DNA of 32,000 nt from Nostoc punctiforme PCC 73102 (GTDB lineage: Bacteria; Cyanobacteriota; Cyanobacteriia; Cyanobacteriales; Nostocaceae). Below are positions 25,126 to 32,000 of the stretch, piece by piece; the stretch's first letter is position 1, and every line of letters begins with the position of its first letter. The notes under the pieces are model-generated. The model made no database searches and had not been told where the DNA came from. It worked only from the letters and a program-made list of their open reading frames with translations. The position numbers were made by a program, and so were the translations under genes. The DNA lies in assembly GCF_000020025.1 (NCBI RefSeq), contig NC_010631.1:30001-62000 (forward strand), in the 5' to 3' direction.

Positions 25126-27860
25126 AATGGTTTACCCTGCTTAACGCAATCGACATAATACTTAGAAAATTCTGCCACCCAGGTAAACTTGTCTCTGTAA
25201 GTTTTCTTAAATTTATCTCGTGTGGATTGTTCCTCTCTGCTATTAGCCACCAACGCCAGCAGGGGATAGGAGGGATAATAGCGGCAGCGAACATACTTGT
25301 TGTTGTAGTCCAACAGCCACAAAGTATATAATTGCTGAATATTAGGGATAAAACTTTCGTTTTTATCGATAATTTCTCTAGGGATGCCCAGCAACTCAGA
25401 GAAACTATTAGCCGCTCCTGGAACAATCCTCCCAATCAACCGCAAGGGCATATTTTGTAATATTTGTTCTCCTGCCTCCGATTTGGCAATAGAAATGATA
25501 TCTTGTGCCGCCAGAAACACCCGACAGCCTTGCTTTCGAGCCGTAGCGCATTTACGACCCGCAAGCCGCGATAATGCCGAAAATCCCAGCAATACGCTAG
25601 CCTCATCCATAAAGAACACGCTGTTGGGCGAGGAGAGGGATTGACGGGACGCGGCGATATATGCACTCATCCCGAACACTTCTGCATCTTTTCCTGATTG
25701 CAGATTAGTCAGTGCAAAGGTAATCAACTGGCTATCTGCCTGGAAGGTTGAAGGCTTGCAGATAGCGCTACCAATGCTACTAGCCTGCCAGTACTGTAAC
25801 CGCAAGCGGATGTAATTAAGTGCTTTTTCTACATTGTCATCCTGATAGCCTAAATAAATATATGCAAGCGAGAAGAATTTCTCCATATCTGCCAATGTCG
25901 GGGTATCCGCCCACTCTGGGGTGTTTATCCCTGCTTTTCGCGCTAATTCAAATCGCTCCTTGATGTCGGCATCTTCGTAAAAGGCTTTTGTACCCAAAGG
26001 GATTACAGATTCTATAGTTTGTGATAGCAACCCATCAAACTTTTGCGTTCCTAAAACTAATTGAAGCACGATTAAATTAATATCATTTCGATGGGCTTTT
26101 GTTCTTTCCTCCCACTGCGACTCAGAAATCTTTGATAGGTCTAGCGGTTGTACAAGGTTGTTTGATTCCTTTGAGATATCAAAATAAAACCCATTAAAGT
26201 AGGGCGTGAAATCTCCAAAGGTTCCTGAACCATCATCATTTGGCAAGTCAATCATTAATACTGACATTCCCAACGCCAAGCATTGATAAATAATAGAGGC
26301 GATGATTACCGATTTCCCACTCCCGGTAGTGCCGATTACCATCATGTTTTTCGGCTTTGACAGGTCAATATGAACCGAGGATTGACCCTCATGTGCAATT
26401 AATTCAAAGCCTTGTTTATCACCGTGCGCTGTTTGAACGACTGGCGTTAAACCAATTACTTCACTAGCAAAGAAAGTGGCGCGTCTGTTGAAAGGAAAAG
26501 TCAGCTGCGGTCGCTGTCTCAACAGCAAAGTGTCAAGCCAGATTGACCATGTATATTGCATTTCTCTAATCAACTCGGCAGGCTGATTGATATACCCTGA
26601 AATCAGCCTGCAAGCGTCGTCGATTTCTTCTGGAGAGTTACGATAAACAAGGATTATGACAGCTACATTTTCCGGGACATCACCCGTGTAAAGCTGCTTC
26701 TGAGCATCGACTGACCGCTCCGTATTAATTTGCGCTCCTACGTCAATAGTCTTTTTGCTGGCGCTAGCGGAGGCATTTATTGACCGCCTCGTAATCAATT
26801 GTTGGGTAAGCCTAATCATTTTTTGATCGGCTGGGCTAATCTCTGTTATTATCTCGACATCATAAATAACCTCGCGTGAGAATACGTCCCATAAAAAACG
26901 TATTTGCTGATGGGTTGAAGCAAACACCTCTGGTTTTTGGGCAAGCGTCATTACGCCGATATACTTCTTTTTGTCAGTACTCTGATGGGGCAAGCATACC
27001 CAGCGCCGATCAGCGTAGGGGATGCCATTATTCAGAAGTACGGATGTAGCGTGTAATTGGTCGTTATACCACGATGGGTTGGGCGCGGCTTCGTTAATCT
27101 CCTCCCTTAATTCGCCTGTATCATAAACTAGAGCATGGGGCACTTTTGTCGGCTTCGCACCCATTCTATCAACTAGGTCGCTCCACAATTGCTTGTCTGA
27201 TTTTGGCGAGGGGAACAAGCCCATCTCAGATAGTATTTGTTGATGGCGCAAAGAGACAATTATCGCTTTTTCAAGAACTTGAATTAAGTTTTGAAGAGTG
27301 AGTTCGGTCGCGCCTGTTGGCGTGAATTTGCGCTGTAAAAAGTTCGCCAGCTTAACTATTGCTCTATCTACCGCGTCACCACCTTCGGTACCTCCTGGGC
27401 GGACAGTGAAAGTCGTGTAAATACTGAGCTTGATGTCCTTGCGCTGATGGTTACGTGTGAGTTCCTGCATTCGGGCAACTTGCCCCCAATCAAGAAACTC
27501 ACTCTCAAGAGATATAGGGCTATCTAGTCTCTGGCGATAGCTTTCAATCACTTTCTCTTCGTCGCAAAACGAAGACCAACGAAAGGTGAATTTCTCACCC
27601 GACGAGAACTCTTTACAGCCGTTCTCAAAAGCCTTGACCATCGCCTCTAATCTCTCAGATGAATTAAACAGTGGGTGAAAGCCAGTGCATTCATATCCGA
27701 ATACTAATTGCAGGGTGTTGTTAGTGTCGCTTACTTGTTTTTTGCTCAACAAGTAAGCTCCAATTTGATAGTTCCCCTTTTTTAATTTTACTAAAGTTGC
27801 TAAGTCTAAAAAGTCTTCAAAGGGTACTATTTTTTGATTACGAATACTGCTTTTTACCAT
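25122..27860 (-). CDS. virB4: VirB4/TrbE/CagE-family T4SS ATPase
   Basis: 912-aa ORF. Walker A: MMVIGTTGSGKS. Walker B: SVFFMDEASVLLG. Downstream block: RKQGCRVFLAAQDI. Its size and its position after a VirB3-like gene are typical of the family. Confidence 0.9.
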   Translation of the reverse strand: MVKSSIRNQKIVPFEDFLDLATLVKLKKGNYQIGAYLLSKKQVSDTNNTLQLVFGYECTGFHPLFNSSERLEAMVKAFENGCKEFSSGEKFTFRWSSFCDEEKVIESYRQRLDSPISLESEFLDWGQVARMQELTRNHQRKDIKLSIYTTFTVRPGGTEGGDAVDRAIVKLANFLQRKFTPTGATELTLQNLIQVLEKAIIVSLRHQQILSEMGLFPSPKSDKQLWSDLVDRMGAKPTKVPHALVYDTGELREEINEAAPNPSWYNDQLHATSVLLNNGIPYADRRWVCLPHQSTDKKKYIGVMTLAQKPEVFASTHQQIRFLWDVFSREVIYDVEIITEISPADQKMIRLTQQLITRRSINASASASKKTIDVGAQINTERSVDAQKQLYTGDVPENVAVIILVYRNSPEEIDDACRLISGYINQPAELIREMQYTWSIWLDTLLLRQRPQLTFPFNRRATFFASEVIGLTPVVQTAHGDKQGFELIAHEGQSSVHIDLSKPKNMMVIGTTGSGKSVIIASIIYQCLALGMSVLMIDLPNDDGSGTFGDFTPYFNGFYFDISKESNNLVQPLDLSKISESQWEERTKAHRNDINLIVLQLVLGTQKFDGLLSQTIESVIPLGTKAFYEDADIKERFELARKAGINTPEWADTPTLADMEKFFSLAYIYLGYQDDNVEKALNYIRLRLQYWQASSIGSAICKPSTFQADSQLITFALTNLQSGKDAEVFGMSAYIAASRQSLSSPNSVFFMDEASVLLGFSALSRLAGRKCATARKQGCRVFLAAQDIISIAKSEAGEQILQNMPLRLIGRIVPGAANSFSELLGIPREIIDKNESFIPNIQQLYTLWLLDYNNKYVRCRYYPSYPLLALVANSREEQSTRDKFKKTYRDKFTWVAEFSKYYVDCVKQGKPL

Positions 27861-28201
27861 AGCTTAGGCATCCCCTTTGAACCCGCCCTTTTTTTGTTTT
27901 GGGGCGAAGTATATCTGATATAGCCGCGTGTGAAAGTTGGAACGCTTGGGAACACTCTTGACCAGAACAAGTAAGGACGTTTGCCAGATAAAACTATCAC
28001 CGTGGCACTCAACCAAACCCCAGCCAGCAATCCCCAAACTATTCCTGCCCCAAACATAATCGCAATGATGAAGCCCACGCCAAACATAAATAAGGCAACT
28101 GCAAATTGAAAGCCAGTAAAAATGCCTATTGTTGCATTTTGACCAAGTGACTGATTCACCCGTTTCATGGGCGATTTATTATACTCGCTCATCACTAGCA
28201 A
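27854..28201 (-). CDS. VirB3-like small membrane protein candidate
   Basis: 115-aa ORF with a hydrophobic hairpin (IGIFTGFQFAVALFMFGVGFIIAIMFGAGIVWGLLAGVWLSATVIVL). It lies directly upstream of virB4 and overlaps it by 7 nt. Confidence 0.5.
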   Translation of the reverse strand: MLVMSEYNKSPMKRVNQSLGQNATIGIFTGFQFAVALFMFGVGFIIAIMFGAGIVWGLLAGVWLSATVIVLSGKRPYLFWSRVFPSVPTFTRGYIRYTSPQNKKRAGSKGMPKLW

Positions 28202-28665
28202 GCGGCTGTAACGCCGTTAAATAAGATGCTTTGAGCAATCCAAAGCACCAGGATTATGAAAAACACGCCTACGGGCTGTTGAACCATCTGCGTTACTTCC
28301 TGTCCTTCACCAATACCGTTGGCAACCTTAAGCCCAGAAGCCACAAAGTATACAAACAAAAGTACTGTGATGGTTGCATTGATCACTGCGGGAAGGGCTT
28401 GAATGGCAGCCGCGCCGCCAGCCGCACCACCCCCACCAATACCACCAGCGCCGCCGAACATACAAGTCATTGCTGTCTGAGCCGAATCGAACAAGCCCCA
28501 CCCATAAGAGGGCATCGACTGCATGACAATGATTGTCGCTGTACCTGCTGCGTAAATATGATGCTGATATTTGCGCCCAATCGCCGCGCTAGCCTTAGCC
28601 AGAACTTGAGTTTGTGTTCTTCGCACAGAATTGTTAGATGCCAAGGCAATTACTCCTTTTTTCAT
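28195..28665 (-). CDS. VirB2/TrbC-like pilin candidate
   Basis: 156-aa ORF and the first gene of the coupled operon. It has a long leader, then hydrophobic segments separated by a Gly-rich stretch (FGGAGGIGGGGAAGGAAA) and a charged loop (GIGEGQEV). Confidence 0.45.
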   Translation of the reverse strand: MKKGVIALASNNSVRRTQTQVLAKASAAIGRKYQHHIYAAGTATIIVMQSMPSYGWGLFDSAQTAMTCMFGGAGGIGGGGAAGGAAAIQALPAVINATITVLLFVYFVASGLKVANGIGEGQEVTQMVQQPVGVFFIILVLWIAQSILFNGVTAAC

Positions 28666-28700
28666 TGTTCTAGGAAAAATCTAAAAATCACCTTATTACC

Positions 28701-28736
28701 GAAGTTGGAAGTAACAAAAAATCTACTTCCAACTTC
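28701..28736 (-). promoter_or_regulatory. perfect 13-bp inverted repeat (attenuator, processing site or operator) upstream of the pilin-like gene
   Basis: GAAGTTGGAAGTA (28701-28713), a 10-nt loop, then TACTTCCAACTTC (28724-28736). The repeat spans the stop codon of ORF 28723..29034. It continues into ACTTCCN heptamers (acttcca acttccc acttctg acttgtt, 28725-28752). Confidence 0.55.
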
Positions 28737-29034
28737 CCACTTCTGACTTGTTTAATGCTCTTTGTTGAAATTCACTTTCTATGTCAGCTAAAGTATGTTC
28801 CCTAGCTAGTGAGCGAATTTCCTGAAGTACTGCGATGTGACACTCGTATAGCTTCGCATAGCCATCTAGACCACCTGTTTTTTTGTTGGTAAATTTCTGG
28901 AACTCTGGCAAGTACTTCCGAGCTATGTTCAAATATGCTTGTAGTTGTCTTGCAGAAACCTTTGGCTTTAACATCGCCGCAACTTCTGGTCTTGTTAGTT
29001 CTTCATTTTGCCAGGTAAACCTCCCTATCCCCAT
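28723..29034 (-). CDS. hypothetical small protein (possible regulator or accessory protein)
   Basis: 103-aa ORF directly upstream of the T4SS operon. It is preceded by GAACTTCT direct repeats. No family recognised. Confidence 0.6.
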   Translation of the reverse strand: MGIGRFTWQNEELTRPEVAAMLKPKVSARQLQAYLNIARKYLPEFQKFTNKKTGGLDGYAKLYECHIAVLQEIRSLAREHTLADIESEFQQRALNKSEVGSWK

Positions 29035-29042
29035 GACTCTGA

Positions 29043-29060
29043 GAACTTCTTGGAACTTCT
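29043..29060. repeat. GAACTTCT direct repeat at 10-bp spacing just upstream of ORF 28723..29034
   Basis: gaacttct (29043-29050) and gaacttct (29053-29060). The start codon is at 29034. Confidence 0.45.
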
Positions 29061-29076
29061 AACTATACATAAAATA

Positions 29077-29098
29077 CCCCGCCTTTTTCGTGGCGGGG
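29077..29098 (-). terminator. GC-rich hairpin, candidate intrinsic terminator after the HTH gene
   Basis: CCCCGCC (29077-29083), an 8-nt loop, then GGCGGGG (29092-29098). On the minus strand it is followed by TATTTTATG. Confidence 0.5.
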
Positions 29099-29139
29099 GA
29101 GTGTCATTTTAAAAAATATTAGCGGTCACAAAAAACTGG

Positions 29140-29346
29140 TTAAAGATAAGAATTGAGCGCTTTTCCTTCCCGTTCCCACTTTTCATCTAAAAGACGACAA
29201 GCTACGCGAACAACATTCTGAGGATTCCGTTTATGTTCTCCTGGCATATTCCAGTTCCGGGTAGTGTATTCACTTTCGTACCCCAAAACCAGGGCAAGCT
29301 CTCGATAACTTAATTTCCACTTCTTCTTAAACTCTATTGGGTGCAT
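29140..29346 (-). CDS. small helix-turn-helix (XRE-like) DNA-binding protein
   Basis: 68-aa ORF. The segment KLSYRELALVLGYESEYTTRNW fits an HTH pattern. It faces an AT-rich divergent intergenic region. Confidence 0.6.
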   Translation of the reverse strand: MHPIEFKKKWKLSYRELALVLGYESEYTTRNWNMPGEHKRNPQNVVRVACRLLDEKWEREGKALNSYL

Positions 29347-29546
29347 AGTATTTATTTGATACTTGCATAAAGAACTTATTTAATATTTATAACATAATTA
29401 GTTAGTCAATTCTTTATAATTTCCTTGGGAGAGATAAATCAAGTTTTATATTTGCTTATCTTAATATTCTTCTAAAAAATATTAGCCATTTTAGGGTTAT
29501 CCAATTTATCTATAATATAAATATTCTCTTTTAAGCAATTATTTTT

Positions 29547-29939
29547 ATGTCCAACACAGATGCTAATTTTCAGCAGCTATTCCCGCCCACAAGTCAAGTT
29601 AATAAAGATAACGAAAATCCCACGTTATCAGTCAATCACCTAACTCCCACTGATGACCAAATCAAAGACTGGCTACAATCACCACAAATCAAACAGTGGC
29701 TTAGAAAACTACTAATGGGCATACCGAATAATCTCAAGGTAGAAGCGATAAATACCATCATCAAAAATGTTATACAAAACCCAGACAAAGACTATCAAGT
29801 ACAATTCGGTAGTTCAACTATTGGAGTCTATGTTTTACGGTGGCAGCTTTGGGCAGCCTATAAATTACCTTACGCCAGTGGAATCAAAACTCCTGATTGC
29901 CCCTACACTTTGAAAAAACATTTGGATACTCTCGACTAA
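29547..29939 (+). CDS. hypothetical protein
   Basis: 130-aa ORF divergent from the HTH gene. No family recognised. Confidence 0.55.
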   Translation: MSNTDANFQQLFPPTSQVNKDNENPTLSVNHLTPTDDQIKDWLQSPQIKQWLRKLLMGIPNNLKVEAINTIIKNVIQNPDKDYQVQFGSSTIGVYVLRWQLWAAYKLPYASGIKTPDCPYTLKKHLDTLD

Positions 29940-30436
29940 CTTCTCAGATTACATAATCCCGAAGTTTCATTAAATTCCCACACAATACCCGATCTATTCT
30001 TACCAAAACTACCATGCTTAACTGCGAACTGAGAATTGCTTACACTATCTCACAAACAGCAATGACAAAGAAATAGATAAAAGTACGATTTTAATCAGTA
30101 CTTCCGTCTCTTTATTTTTAATCAATCATCGTTATATTTTGTCGGATCAAGTAGAGAGCAATGCAACAGGCGATCGCACACTTGGCGGGCGGGTACGCCA
30201 TCGCTTGACTGCCATTAACTTAGCAGATGACTAAACCTTGTATTGAAGCTAAATTTGATGACGTTAACAGAAACATTTCTTCACATCTATTTTAGGCTCT
30301 AGCCCATGAACAGCTTTCATCGCCCAAGGAGATTCTTTAGAGTTCGTAAGCCAATTAGATTTTCGATTTGAGACGATGAGTTAGCTTTAGAGCTACCCTT
30401 GTAGAAGAACAGAATCTCTTAACTACTCTTTGACTC

Positions 30437-30988
30437 ATGATCAGGCTCCTTCAAGTCGAAAAATTCCCGATTCTGATGTTGCCGGAAATCGAGGCGTATT
30501 TAGAAAGTGGACTATTTCGTGGGATTGGCAAGAAAACTGCTCAAACTTTGGTCAATTGCTTTGGAAGTGAGACTTTATCGATATTAGATAACAACCCCGA
30601 AAAACTTTACACTGTTCCCGGACTAACTCAATATCGTATTGATGGTATTACCAAAGCTTGGTCAGAGAGTAAAAAGAATCCGAACTTGGGAGTGATTACC
30701 CAACTTTTGGCTGTGGGAACTTCATTGAAGTTAGCTTTGAAAATTTGTGACTATTACGGACACAAAACTGCAAATGTACTTCAGAACAACCCTTACAGAT
30801 TAATTGATGATATTGATGGCATCGGTTTTAAGACTGCTGATGAGCTAGCAATATCTCTTGGTATCCCACTATACAGCGATACTCGTTATATCTCAGCTTT
30901 AATCCATGTTTTAAAATCCGGCTTGCGTGAAGGGAATTGTTTTTTACCGTTTGAGCAATTAGTAAGGCATCATGTAAAAATAACTTGA
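30437..30988 (+). pseudogene. fragment of a RecD2-like SF1 helicase (HhH N-terminal region only), truncated by IS insertion
   Basis: The 183-aa ORF reads ..EIEAYLESGLFRGIGKKTAQTLVNCFGSETLSILDNNPEKLYTVPGLTQYRIDGITKAW.. and ..IDGIGFKTADELA... This matches the tandem helix-hairpin-helix N-terminal part of RecD2-type helicases. No Walker A or helicase core follows. Stops occur in all three forward frames within 60 nt upstream. Confidence 0.6.
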
Positions 30989-30989
30989 A

Positions 30990-32000
30990 CAATTTGCTGA
31001 ATGGTAAGATGATCAGAATGTAACCGAATTAAAGGCTTATATGTCTGATAAGCAGGTAGTAGAAAGCATTCAAGACAAGTACGATTCGTTATCGCCTTAT
31101 TTGAATGAGAAAACACGGCGTATTTGGGCAGCAATTGAAGCCCGAAGCCTGGGCTGGGGAGGCGTGAGTCAGGTTGCGCTCGCAACTGGACTATCCCGGA
31201 CTACAATCCATGCTGGGATACGGTTATTGTTAGACGCTTCGGGGGAAAAAACCTCGAATGATGATAGTAATCGAATTCGTTCGTCAGGTGCTGGACGTAA
31301 ACTACTTGAAGAAAAAGACGCAATGCTGCTATCAGATTTAGAATCGCTGATTGAACCAGTGACACTGGGAGACCCAGAATCTCCTCTAAAATGGACTTCT
31401 AAAAGTGTTGTGAAACTGGCTGCGGCATTAAACATTGGGGGACATAGGACTAGTCCTAAAAGTGTTTATAACTTACTTGAATCGCTTGGCTACAGCTTAC
31501 AATCAAATCGTAAAACCCGTGATGGCTCATCTCATCCAGATAGAGATGATCAGTTTTTACATATTTCCAACCAAGTCTTGCACTTTCAATCCCAGAACGA
31601 ACCCGTAATTTCAGTTGATACAAAAAAAAAGAATTAATTGGAGATTTTAAAAATTCTGGAACCGAGTGGTGTGAAAAGGAACAGCCAATTGAGGTGAAAA
31701 TGCATGATTTTGTTGACCCCAAGTTGGGCAAGGCAATTCCCTACGGAATTTATGACTTAACCTCAAATCAAGGATGGGTAAATGTTGGCATTGACCACGA
31801 TACCGCAGAGTTTGCAGTCGAGTCTATTCGTCATTGGTGGTACTCAATGGGTAAACAAGTTTATCCCAGCAGTGAGCATATAATGATTACGGCTGATTGC
31901 GGTGGTAGCAATAGTTATCGCTCACGATTGTGGAAATTGAAGTTACAAGAATTAGCAACTGATACTGGTAAAACTATTCATGTGTGTCATTTTCCTCCAG
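30990..32000 (+). mobile_element. ISAzo13-family insertion sequence (partial; left end approximate, right end beyond window)
   Basis: It contains the transposase below and abuts the truncated helicase fragment. Terminal inverted repeats cannot be defined without the right end. Confidence 0.65.
31041..32000 (+). CDS. ISAzo13-family DDE transposase, frame broken at an A9 tract (31622-31630), 3' end beyond window
   Basis: Frame 1 (31041..31637) ends ..ISVDTKKKN*. The sequence continues from 31631 in another frame as ELIGDFKNSGTEWCEKEQPIEVKMHDFVDPKLGKAIPYGIYDLTSNQGWVNVGIDHDTAEFAVESIRHWW..ITADCGGSNSYRSRLWKLKLQELA..HVCHFPP. This is the conserved core pattern of ISAzo13-type (Rhodopirellula-type DDE) transposases. 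Confidence 0.8.

Noticed and set aside
25094-25666. 113-aa and 76-aa minus-strand ORFs and an 86-aa plus ORF overlapping the 3' part of virB4
   Set aside because: They are alternative-frame or antisense ORFs inside a 912-aa gene with clear Walker motifs.
28231-28746. 171-aa plus-strand ORF antisense to the pilin-like gene
   Set aside because: It is a shadow ORF on the strand opposite a gene that sits in a tightly coupled operon. It is Cys/His/Arg-rich with an implausible composition.
28723-29346. The 68-aa HTH protein plus the 103-aa protein as a toxin-antitoxin pair
   Set aside because: The genes are about 105 bp apart with a GC-rich hairpin/terminator between them. There are no recognisable toxin motifs, and their position upstream of the transfer operon favours regulators.
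29940-30436. Searched for the missing N-terminal domain of the RecD2-like helicase or a tRNA/att site in this 500-bp gap
   Set aside because: Stops occur in all three forward frames within 60 nt of 30437. I could find no cloverleaf-like tRNA structure and no helicase-like translation. The gap was left unannotated as probably degraded sequence.

Overview
This AT-rich window looks like part of a conjugative plasmid or ICE from a filamentous (Nostocales-like) cyanobacterium. The taxonomic call rests on at least 6 exact HIP1 octamers (GCGATCGC) and several heptamer STRR-type hairpin elements at gene junctions. All product calls come from hand-read motifs and protein topology; no database search was run.

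Layout, left to right:
1. 1-7060, mostly minus strand, is a presumptive leading/maintenance region.
- A >730-aa ORF truncated by the window edge (absent from the supplied ORF track) carries collinear motifs of cellular RdRP-type two-barrel polymerases, including DYDGD.
- It is followed by small hypothetical genes.
- Two overlapping ORFs are linked by a canonical -1 frameshift heptamer, A_AAA_AAG.
- A ParM-like/ParR-like pair sits behind a block of 10-bp-phased ACTTCC iterons.
2. 7398-13826 (+) is a 2142-aa MOBF (TrwC-type) relaxase plus SF1 helicase. It is fused to a Toprim-like domain and to about 9-10 tandem 61-aa repeats.
3. 13874-16591 (-) holds a membrane-anchored Mrr-type nuclease-domain protein, a coiled-coil protein and a small ORF, separated by MITE/STRR hairpin elements.
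4. 16846-28665 (-) is a translationally coupled type IV secretion operon. VirD4-type coupling protein and VirB4 ATPase are clear. VirB2/3/5/6/8/9/10-like roles are assigned by topology and order. No VirB11 or VirB1 is seen, which fits the poorly characterised cyanobacterial MPF_C class.
5. 28701-29939 holds small regulator-like genes and repeated candidate operators.
6. 30437-32000 is a RecD2-like helicase fragment cut by an ISAzo13-family IS, whose transposase is frameshifted at an A9 tract and runs off the window.

The candidates for something new are the RdRP-like polymerase, the relaxase-Toprim-repeat fusion, the -1 frameshift pair and the atypical T4SS components.
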